Part shown: piece by piece, positions 1 through 8,733 of the stretch
Position numbering within the stretch: position 1 is the stretch's first letter
Layout: each line of letters opens with the position of its first letter
Source of the DNA: Sminthopsis crassicaudata
Lineage: Eukaryota
Assembly: GCF_048593235.1 (NCBI RefSeq)
Contig: NC_133617.1
Span: forward strand, 754,536,282 to 754,573,896
Direction of reading: 5' to 3'
DNA length: 37,615 bases
Notes under the pieces: generated by a model
What the model was told of the DNA's origin: nothing
Seen by the model: the letters and a program-made list of their open reading frames with translations, nothing else
Database searches by the model: none
Program-made: the position numbers and the translations under genes

Positions 1-200
1 GCCCAGGCCGGCTCCGCTCCCTCAAAGACTCTGTCCTTGCTTCCATCCAGTTCCTTTCCGAGAGACAAGAAGAGAGAGGGAGGCAACAGAGGCAGGAGGG
101 GGAGGGGCCCTGAACCTCAAGATGGCGGCGCGGGGAGAACGAGAGGCTCCTCCAGCAAGACTGGCTGTCCGTGGGCGAACCGCGGCACGATAAAGCTCAC

Positions 201-291
201 CTTCCTCTTCCTCTTCACTCTCGCTTTCCAGAAAGCGAGCATCCATTCGAAACCGGTCGTCGGCGCCAAAGTGGGACTGTAAATTCATGAG
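201..291 (-). CDS. NOL8: NOL8 exon (91 nt)
   Basis: cag|CTC ATG; LMNLQSHFGADDRFRMDARFLESESEEEEE; donor G|GTGAGC. Confidence 0.93.
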
Positions 292-3200
292 CTGCCGACA
301 GAAAACAGACGATAACCTGCCTCAGAGGGGCCGGGACGGGCACCGGACCGGGGACTCCCAGGTGCCAATACTCGGCCCATCCATCAACCTCAGAGGGGGA
401 AGGGGGACTCTGGGATCACATGACTTATCCAGGGTCACCCAGCCTGTCCCAGGCGGGACTTGAATTCAGGGCTTTGGGGTTTCCAGCGCAGACAACTGCC
501 AAGCCCGCTCTCACCGTCCCACCAAACCCGAGAGTCCCGAGCGTCCGGCTCCCCGGGCGCCCAGCAGCACTCGGCGCTGCCCCATCACCCAGGTCACCCA
601 TCACCAACCTTCTTTCCAGCTTTGCCTTCAAACTGGGGCTTAATCTGGAAGCGGGCTCGGTCCTCCTCGGCCTCCTCCTCATCCTCGCTGCTCTCAAAGA
701 GTTTCCCGGAGGCTTTAGAATCCTTGAAAAACCCAAATGGCGATTACGGCTGCACTAAACCGCAAGGCTGGCAGTCACTAAGTCGTTACGTCCCAGAACC
801 CCCTCCCTACGGCTCCATCGCAGGCCAGCTGGCCAGAGAATTCGCCACATTAACTGCAGGGGCACGGGCAGGATCCGCACTCAGGTCTCCGGGCTTCAAG
901 GCCCGGCGGGGAGTCGCAGAGCCGAGACCACAGTTCAGTCTGGAAGGGGTCAGAGGGAGGACCCGAGGTCGCCCAGGCGCAGAGAGCAGGGAGCCGTGGG
1001 GGACGGCGGGCAGCCTCACTGGGAGGGGAGGTTCCCCAAAGGAGGGAGGCGATCCTCCAATGCCAGCAGAGAGCCGGCTGAACAGTGCCATAGACCGCCC
1101 GGGCAATGGGCGTCCCGCCCCGTCAGCCATGCCAGCCCTGGGAAGGAGCCGCCATGGTCACCTACTTGCTTGCCGCCACTGCCCGGAAGGGGCTTCTCAC
1201 AGGCGTCATCCCTCACGTCCGTCTCCTCTTCGCTGTCGGAGCTGAACAGGATGTGCGTCGGTTTGCTCACCGGCCGGCCGTCCTGGGGAGGCACAGAAAG
1301 CAGCAGAGAGGTCACAGCCCACCCCGAATCCGGACCGTAAGCAGGGGCCAGCGCGCCCGGACGGGGGGCACTATCTCTGCATCCGCTCATTAGCCGGCGC
1401 TCAGCTGTGCCAAGCCAAGAAAACCACTGGTCCCCTGGTGGCGAGGCCAGCGTGGGCAGAAATCCAGCTCGCCAATGCGCTTCAACCCCCCTGGGGAAGT
1501 ACGGGGGCTTTTGGGGAGAAAGCTTCTGCCCAGGCTCATGGGGAAGACGCTCACCAAGCCGGAGAGAGCGCTGTGCACCAGCTGCTTCTGCAGCTCCCGC
1601 GCTCTCTGCCTCTCCTCCAAGGCTGCCAAGCGCTTCTCGTTATCCTGAGAGGGCTTCTGAGGGCCGGCGGCCTCGGCGGGAGCATCACGTGGGCCTTCTG
1701 CATCCTTTTGGACCGTCCCTGGGGAGTCCTTCCCTGGCACACGAGAGGAGGCCCTGCCTGGAGGGGGCCCGAGGGTGACGGGATCGCCCCTTTCCCGGCG
1801 GGGGTCTCCCACTGCAGGGGCGCCAAGGCCACCATGCCCTCCGGAGTCCATCCTGCAAGTCTCTGCAGGAAGCCTCGAGGGCTTCTTGGCGCCCGACGGG
1901 GTCAGGCCAGAAGCAGAACCAGGGGAGGGGGAGGATCCAGCGCCAAGCTGCTGCTCTCCATTGGCTGCCCGCCTCCTTGGCGGGTTTTTAGGACGACGTG
2001 GAGAGCTGTTTGCCCCTTCTGCTTCCCTCCCATCTTGGGGCACGGACATTTCATTGCGGGAAGGAGTATTCAAATCAAAGGCTCGTTTGCCCAGGGTAGG
2101 AGACGCTGCCTGTTTCAGAGAATTGGGGGCTTTTGCGTGAGCAGTGATTTCGCCATTCGGAAGGGGTCTTGTTGGTGTCTCCCCGCCATAGAGCGCCCCC
2201 ACGCCTCTGAAAGCCTGAAACTTGGATTTCGGCGCACTTTCCTTCAGTGGGTTCTGGTCTCTGGCTTTCTCGTCCCCTTCTAAGAGAGAAGCCAGGATGT
2301 CCGTGGGATTGATGCACCGGGCCCCTTTAGGAGCTTTCTTAGTCTTCCGGGCAGAACCAGTGCCCTCTCCCTCAGGCAGCGCCCGCTTGGCCCGTCGGGC
2401 GCTCCCCCCGGGGCCCTCGGCGGCTTCGGTTGCCAGCTTTTCCAGGTCGGCCAAGGTGAGGTCCAGGCGGTAGCAGTTGGTCATCATGGCTTCGTAGTCC
2501 AGATCCTCCTCAGACTCGCCACCCTCGGATCCAGGGGACGCGCCCCCTGGCTTTTTAGTGACGCGCCTCGAACAATCGGCTGCCTCCCTTTCGTCACTCC
2601 CACAGGTAGCGCGGGCACGCTCTGTTCCGTTTCTCACGGAGGCCTTCGCTTTTGCTTTGGGTTTCTTTTTTGGCGACGTTTTTGGCTCGTCTTTGCTCTG
2701 GTCGCCATTTTTCCTGCAGGCAATGATTTCGTCTGTGTCCCCCGAGTCGTACTCCTGGTCGTCTTCGGCAAGCTGAGCGGGACTGTCTGAGAGAGGGGCC
2801 CGGGGTCTTCCCCCTGCTCCAGGGGGGTTTGGCTTGAAGTCACAGCTGACCACTTCAAAGGAATCCCTCCCACTGCCGTTTGTCTCGGGGAGGCCGGGCC
2901 TTCGGGATTTCTCTTCTGCTATCATGGCTTTCAATTCTTCTTCAGAATCGACGTCGTCATCAGACGTGACGTTTCTGCTTCGGGCGCCGAGTGGCTTTGA
3001 CGCGTGAAGGGAGCCCGTTCGTGGCTTCAGGGCCTCCTTGGATGCGGCGGGCTGGGGACGGGGAGACGGCGGCTCAGGTCGTCCCGCGGCTCCGGAGGAG
3101 GGGCGGGGACTGCCCTCCACCTTTGCTCTCTTCGCGGGGTGGCTTCTGAAGGCAGGGAACTGTCCTTGTCGCTTCTTACTCATCGCGTCCTCTCCCCCTT

Positions 3201-6200
3201 CCAGTTTCCAAGTGAGGTCAGAGATGGAGACGGGATCTGCGACGTCTTGCTCAAACTTCTTGAGGTTGTGGCAATATTTTGACGGATCGTATTTTAAGAT
3301 GTTGGGAAAAGTTAAGGTACAAAACAAAAGTCATTTAGCAGGAAAACATTCTACAAAACCGGTACAGAGGGGGCCCTGAGCCGGGATTCTGGGGCCCTCG
3401 TTTGCTCCTCTGGAAAGCGAGCGATTTAAGCGAGGTGATTCTGGGATCCTTCGTTACGTTCCTAACGTTTTACAGTCTGCACGGGGCAGGGCTCCGGCTC
3501 CACTGTCAGCCAGCAGCGACCGCTCTGGCTTGGGGGAGGGTGACTCAGACCCCAGCACCCCCCGACGGCCCCGTCTGAGCTCCCAAGGGAACGTTCCCAC
3601 CTCGAGAGGGCGCACTGTGAGGCCCGGGGTCCCACGAGACTCTAGCCAATGGGATGGATCCCCAAAGCACTTCCTAGTTTATCCCTAGATCACCTCCCCA
3701 AGTTAACACGGAAACGGGACCAGGGGAGACGAGCCGGCGCCTCTGTAACCAAAGCCGGGCCTTCCGTCCCGCCAAGCTCAGGTCCCGCGGCCCAAGGCTT
3801 CTCTCACAGCCGCGCCTGCCCCGGGCGCCCTGCGGGGCCATGCAGGGCCCGGGCCCGGGCTCAGACCGAGGGGAGGCCCGAAGGGAAAGGATATCTTGCG
3901 CCGGTTCTGGCTCCTCAGGTGAAGGACGGGCAGAACTCGCCCAAACTTGCTCACGACCCAGTCCTGCGGCAGAAGGGAAACGGCGGATGAAGCAATGTCG
4001 GGGACACCGACACACAGGCCGGCGACTGGGGGCCGATGGGGGGGAGGGGGGGGCCTGGCTGTGGGATGGGGACCCCGCCCCCGCCCCGTCTCCCACACCT
4101 GCCTTGTGTCCCGGCACCTCGGTTCCCGGCACGGCTTTTTTCATATGGAGCTCCAGGACTGTGGGCGGGTTGACTGTGCTGCCCCCTTGTGGGCAGGCCT
4201 CCTGCTGCGCTTTGGCTCTAAGCCTCTCCTCTGCCAGCCTGAAACCCAGAATGCCAACCAGGGCGCCAGAGTAACCCCTGTGCCCTGGGCAGGAGAGGGG
4301 GCAGCTCAGTACCCAGGGTGCCAGGTGCGTCCTGCCCCCTGACCTCTCTGGGGCACCCGCTCACTGCCCCCCCCCCCCCCCGCTGCGGTGAGCTCTCTGG
4401 TGACGACGTCCCCCGTCCCCAGCGGCGGTGCCCCCGTACCTGTGCAGGAAGCTCTCTTTGGCCAGCTGGACCTGCAGGGTGCCGCCTTTCCACGTGGTCT
4501 TGTTTAAAGCGGACATACCTGCGGAGCAGAACCGGCCTTCCTTTGTGCCCGCCCCAAGGGGCGCCCCCAGCTGGCGCGCCAAGCACAAGGTTTAGTCACA
4601 TCAGAGCCGTGCCCCGCGTGCCGCTCCTGGCTCTGCTGATTCCCGGGCCCTTGCTTTCTGCGCCCCCCCCCCCATCCTCTTACGTCGGGGTCTTCAGAGG
4701 TGGAACCAGACCCCGCCCCAGATGTGGCCCGGCCTCCGCCCCCGGACCCTCAGATCCCGCCAGTGCGAGGCAGCGGAGCCTGGCTACGGGCCCGGCCTCG
4801 TGGGGTCTGCCCGCCCGGACCTCGAGCCCTGTCTGGGGCGGGGGCGGGGACTCACGAGCCCATCCCCCTCAAGTCACCCCGTGACGGGCCCCAGGCCCTG
4901 AGAGAGCCGGCCCGTGGGCCCCCACTGCGTCCCTGCGAGGGGCCTTTCCCTCTAAGAGTCCCCCCGACACGGAGCGAGGGGAGAGGACGCCGCACTCACA
5001 CTTCTTCAGGTCCCCGTCGGACAGGCGCACGTTGGCGTAGGCGAAGGTCTTCTCCGGGAGCCCTGGGAGCGAGCGGCAAACGCGGGGTCAGAGCCGGGTC
5101 ACGGGGTGGGGGGGGGCAGAGAGAGCACTTAGCAAAGGGTGGGCCAGGGCAGCACTCGCAGGGAGCACTCAGAGTGTGGGCAAGGAGGGCCCGGGGTGAG
5201 GGTGCAGGGAGAGCTGGAGGAGCACTCGGGGAGCACTTGGGGAGCACTGACAAGGAGGGCCTGGGGTGAGGGTGCAGGGAGAGCTGGAGGAGCACTCGGG
5301 GAGCGCGGGCGAGGAGGGCCCGGGGTGAAGGTGCGGGAAGAGCTGGAGGAGCACTCGGGGAGCACTGACAAGGAGGGCCAGGGGTGAGGGTGCAGGGAGA
5401 GCTGGTGGAGCACTTGGGGAGCATTCGGGGAGTGTGGGCAAGGAGGACCCTAGGTAAGTGTGGGGGAGAGCTGGGGGAGCACTCAGGAAGCATGGACAAG
5501 GAGGACCCAGGGTGAGGGTGCAGGGAGAGCTGGAGGAACACTCAGGGAGCACTGACAAGGAGGGCCTGGGGTGAGGGTGCAGGGAGAGCTGGAGGAGCAC
5601 TCAGGAGCGCGGGCAAGGAGGGCCCGGGGTGAGGGCGCAGGGAGAGCTGGAGGAGCACTCGGGGAGCACTCAGGGAGTGTGGGCAAGGAGGGCCCGGGGT
5701 GAGGGTGCAGGGAGAGCTGGAGGAGCACTTGGGGAGCACTCAGGGAGTGTGGGCAAGGAGGACCCCGGGTAAGTGTGGGGGAGAGCTGGGGGAGCACTCA
5801 GGAAGCATGGACAAGGAGGACCCAGGGTGAGGGTGCAGGGAGAGCTGGAGGAACACTCAGGGAGCACTGACAAGGAGGGCCTGGGGTGAGGGTGCAGGGA
5901 GAGCTGGAGGAGCACTCGGGGAGCACTCAGGGAGTGTGGGCAAGGAGGGCCCGGGGTGAGGGCGCAGGGAGAGCTGGAGGAGCACTCGGGGAGCACTCAG
6001 GGAGTGTGGGCAAGGAGGGCCCGGGGTGAGGGCGCAGGGAGAGCTGGAGGAGCACTCGGGGAGCACTCAGGGAGTGTGGGCAAGGAGGGCCCGGGGTGAG
6101 GGTGCAGGGAGAGCTGGAGGAGCACTCGGGGAGCACGGACGAGGAGGGCCCGGGGTGAGGGTGCGGGGAGAGCTGGAGGAGCACTCGGGGAGCACGGACG

Positions 6201-7678
6201 AGGAGGGCCCGGGGTGAGGGTGCGGGGAGAGCTGGAGGAGCACTTGGGGAGCACGGGCAAGGAGGACCCCGGGTAAGTGTGGGGGAGAGCTCGGGGAGCA
6301 CTCAGGGAGCATGGACAAGGAGGACCCAGGGTGAGGGTGCAGGGAGAGCTGGAGGAGCACTCGGGGAGCACAGGCGAGGAGGGCCCGGGGTGAGGGTGCG
6401 GGGAGAGCTGGAGGAGCACTTGGGGAGCACTCAGGGAGTGTGGGCAAGGAGGACCCCGGGTAAGTGTGGGGGAGAGCTGGAGGAGCACTCGGGGAGCACT
6501 CAGGGAGTGTGGGCAAGGAGGGCCCGGGGTGAGGGTGCAGGGAGAGCTGGAGGAGCACTTGGGGAGCACTCAGGGAGTGTGGGCAAGGAGGGCCCGGGGT
6601 GAGGGTGCAGGGAGAGCTGGAGGAGCACTTGGGGAGCACTCAGGGAGTGTGGGCAAGGAGGACCCCGGGTAAGTGTGGGGGAGAGCTGGGGGAGCACTCG
6701 GGGAGCACTCAGGGAGTGTGGGCAAGGAGGGCCCGGGGTGAGGGTGCAGGGAGAGCTGGAGGAGCACTCGGGGAGCACTCAGGGAGTGTGGGCAAGGAGG
6801 GCCCGGGGGTGAGGGTGCAGGGAGAGCTGGAGGAGCACTTGGGGAGCACTCAGGGAGTGTGGGCAAGGAGGGCCCGGGGTGAGGGTGCAGGGAGAGCTGG
6901 AGGAGCACTTGGGGAGCACTCAGGGAGTGTGGGCTAGGAGGACCCGGGGTAAGTGTGGGGGAGAGCTGGGGGAGCACTCAGGGAGCATGGACAAGGAGGA
7001 CCCAGGGTGAGGGTGCAGGGAGAGCTGGAGGAGCACTCGGGGAGCACGGACGAGGAGGGTCTGGCTGGGGGAGAACATGCAGGAAGGCCCTGGTGTGGGC
7101 TCCCAGAGGGGTCAGAGGTCAGCCTCCAGTTGGAAGCCAGGAGGGAGAGCCCAATAAGGGCTGACCTGGCCCTGCCCGCTCCTCCTAGGGGCCAGGCCAG
7201 GGACACTGCTCTCCTCACCCTCAGATCTTCCCACAGAAAACCCAGGAAGCAGCAGGCGCTTAATAGCTGCTTGGGGCGGGGCACCGTGGGCATGCATTTA
7301 GCGCCTGCGGTATGCCCCAGGCGCCGGACAGGCTCCCTCCCCAGATCCTAACCTTGCTCTGGGCACACAGCAGGCACTCAGTAAGTGCACACACACCAGC
7401 ACCAACATCTGACAGGAAGAGCTCGGAAGGGGCGGGGAGGGGCCCTACGGAACCCCGAGGGGGGGAAGGGGCCGAATGGGGATCCCAGCCCGGTGACGGC
7501 CCCAGCGCTGGGCTCCCGCTCCCTTCCCTTTGGTCTTACCGAGCTCATTGACCCGGGACACGAGCTCCACGGAGGACACGGCCCCGAAGCGGCCCAGCTG
7601 CGCGCGCACATCGTCCTGCGTGACCGAGGGCCCGAGGCCGCCCAAGAAGAGCCGCCGTTCTCCGGGACTCGCAGCCAT
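201..7678 (-). CDS. NOL8: Nucleolar protein 8, 3'-partial multi-exon CDS: complement(join(201..291,609..722,1166..1282,1555..3300,3895..3963,4103..4238,4440..4518,5000..5062,7540..7678)); continues beyond position 1
   Basis: Spliced translation gives the N-terminal RRM (RRLFLGGLG...KTFAYANV...LNKTTWKGGTLQVQLAKESFLHR), then AVPGTEVPGHK, WVVSKFGRVLPVLHL, KYDPSKYCHNLKK, YDSGDTDEII, DNEKRLAALEER and LQSHFGADDRFRMDARFLE, all recognised from NOL8. Exon phases join in frame (2554 nt). Confidence 0.96.
609..722 (-). CDS. NOL8: NOL8 exon (114 nt)
   Basis: tttttcaag|GAT; DSKASGKLFESSEDEEEAEEDRARFQIKPQFEGKAGKK; donor AAG|GTTGGT. Confidence 0.92.
1166..1282 (-). CDS. NOL8: NOL8 exon (117 nt)
   Basis: cag|GAC; DGRPVSKPTHILFSSDSEEE...GGKQ, matching the remembered KPTHIIFGSDSE motif; donor CAA|GTAGGT. 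Confidence 0.9.
1555..3300 (-). CDS. NOL8: NOL8 large exon (1746 nt)
   Basis: Part of ORF 1390..3327: ILKYDPSKYCHNLKK...VHSALSGL; starts after the AC acceptor; donor TTG|GTGAGC. Confidence 0.95.
3301..3894 (-). other. NOL8: U12-type (minor spliceosome) AT-AC intron, 594 nt
   Basis: 5' end ATATCCTTT; branch site CCTTAAC at 3317-3311; 3' end ttttcccAAC|. Removing it joins RRK|ILKYDP in frame. Confidence 0.95.
3895..3963 (-). CDS. NOL8: NOL8 coding exon 5 (69 nt)
   Basis: cag|GAC TGG; DWVVSKFGRVLPVLHLRSQNRRK; followed by ATATCCTTT (U12 donor). Confidence 0.94.
3964..4102 (-). other. NOL8: GC-AG intron, 139 nt
   Basis: AAG|GCAGGT...cag|GAC; required to keep the HK|DWVVSK frame. Confidence 0.85.
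4103..4238 (-). CDS. NOL8: NOL8 coding exon 4 (136 nt), ends at a GC donor
   Basis: cag|G CTG GCA GAG; LAEERLRAK...HMKKAVPGTEVPGHK. Only AAG|GCAGGT keeps the frame into the next exon. Confidence 0.9.
4440..4518 (-). CDS. NOL8: NOL8 coding exon 3 (79 nt)
   Basis: cag|GT ATG TCC; (C)MSALNKTTWKGGTLQVQLAKESFLH(R); donor AG|GTACGG. Confidence 0.95.
5000..5062 (-). CDS. NOL8: NOL8 coding exon 2 (63 nt)
   Basis: cccag|GG CTC CCG GAG AAG ACC TTC GCC TAC = (G)LPEKTFAYANVRLSDGDLKK; donor T|GTGAGT. Confidence 0.93.
5150..7060. repeat. G-rich minisatellite, ~59 and ~70 bp units, roughly 30 copies, in NOL8 intron 1
   Basis: 70-bp unit GGAGTGTGGGCAAGGAGGGCCCGGGGTGAGGG(T/C)GCAGGGAGAGCTGGAGGAGCACTCGGGGAGCACTCAG; the 59-bp variant lacks TCAGGGAGTGT. 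Periodicity is directly visible at 5941-6240. Confidence 0.97.
7540..7678 (-). CDS. NOL8: NOL8 first coding exon (139 nt), RRM N-terminal half
   Basis: ACCATGG Kozak at 7678 (a second in-frame ATG at 7684); MAASPGERRLFLGGLGPSVTQDDVRAQLGRFGAVSSVELVSRVNEL; donor G|GTAAGA. Confidence 0.92.
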
Positions 7679-7719
7679 GGTCATCTCCACAGCCAGAGCC
7701 TTTTTGCCCGGCCCGGGCT

Positions 7720-8150
7720 TCCGAGACACGTGCTTCCGACTTCCGGTCACGTGGGTGCGCAGCTGTCCGTTCTCCCTCTGCCCCGCGAGCGGGACCCGGG
7801 TTCCCGCATGCAAAGTTCCGGGACTCTGTTTCCGCCCCGTCGATCTCTCCGGTTCCGGACTATGTCCCTGTCCTCTTTGCCTCTGGTCTGGGGTCTCTGT
7901 CGCGACTCGTGGTGATGGACCGAAGTCACTTGTCTGCTAAGTTAGGGAGCCCTCGGACGTCAGCCGAGCTCGGGTATCTAGGGGGAAGCAAAATAAAGCG
8001 ACACAACCTTCCTCTTTCCCCAACTGCGTCTCAACTTCCTGCTGGGGTTCATTAATCCCGCCTCCTCAAAGACGCGCATGCGTATATCAAGTTGTTGAAG
8101 CTTTTATTTCCCTCCCCCCCCCCCGTGCCAGACTCTGACGTCACTCAAGG
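7720..8150. promoter_or_regulatory. Bidirectional CpG-island promoter of NOL8/CENPP
   Basis: Lies between divergent ATGs (7678 minus, 8456 plus). E-boxes CACGTG at 7727-7732 and 7748-7753, ETS ACTTCCGG at 7739-7746, NRF1-like CGCGCATGCGTA at ~8073-8084, CRE TGACGTCA at 8136-8143; CpG-dense. Confidence 0.75.
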
Positions 8151-8455
8151 ACCAGCTCCAAAGTAAACTGGTCCTTCAGGAGGGGGGTTCAGGAGCCACG
8201 GGTCGCCGGATATTCGCTCCCCAGCCTGGGTGACGGATTCTCCGGGGAGAGCGGGCTCATCGTTATGACTCTGTCCCGGCGCCGTCTCTGATAACTCTGG
8301 GATGGGTGGTCTCGACCAGGCCCGCGCCGCCCCAAGCGCCGTCTCCCCCCCAAAGCTGAGAAGTTGGTATGTGCCGGCAGCGCGCGGGAGCCTTGAACAG
8401 CTGGGCTCTGGCGCGCGCCGCCCCCGCCCCCTGTCCCTCAGAGGCTGTGGCAGAC

Positions 8456-8733
8456 ATGGAAGAGGAGCGGCGGCGGCGGGAGCGGCAGGAGCGGCGGCTG
8501 GAGCGGCGGCGTCGGCGGCGGGAGCAGCTGCTGAAGGAGCAGCGGCAGCGGCAGCAGCAGGAGGAGCGGCGGGAGCAGCGGCGGCAGGAGGAGGAGGAGC
8601 AGCGGCGGCGGGGGCAGCGGCTGAAGCAGCAGCAGGAGCTCCGGGCCCTGCGGGCTGAGGTCGCCGCGCTGCGCAGGCGCCTCGAGCAGGGACGTCCTGA
8701 AGCCGACCCGGTCCCGGACCCGGACCCGACCCT
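8456..8733 (+). CDS. CENPP: CENPP coding exon 1 (278 nt) with E/R/Q-rich N-terminal extension
   Basis: GACATGG Kozak; ...QQELRALRAEVAALRRRLEQ...; phase-2 donor CT|GTAGGC. Confidence 0.85.

Noticed and set aside
1-80. Polypyrimidine tract plus AG on the minus strand, a possible next NOL8 exon
   Set aside because: The first AG gives an in-frame TGA, and later AGs give peptides I cannot match to NOL8; the window edge prevents a call.
460-1245. 261-aa plus-strand ORF antisense to NOL8
   Set aside because: It spans NOL8 exons and introns in antisense, is low-complexity and has no recognisable motif.
3301-3327. ATG at 3327 (MFCTLTFPN) as the start of a stand-alone 645-aa protein
   Set aside because: It lies in the U12 intron over the branch site; the real exon begins at 3300.
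5150-7060. Repeat array resembling CRISPR or a coding repeat; repeated GGTAAGT donor consensus on the plus strand
   Set aside because: There are no unique spacers, the context is eukaryotic and no cas genes are present. The donor-like motif is antisense to NOL8 and upstream of the CENPP start, so no known transcript would use it.
4996-7351. Dozens of Pro/Ser/Leu- or Gly/Glu-rich ORFs (60-190 aa) in the track
   Set aside because: They are translations of the intronic minisatellite in many frames, with no protein-like signal beyond the repeat.
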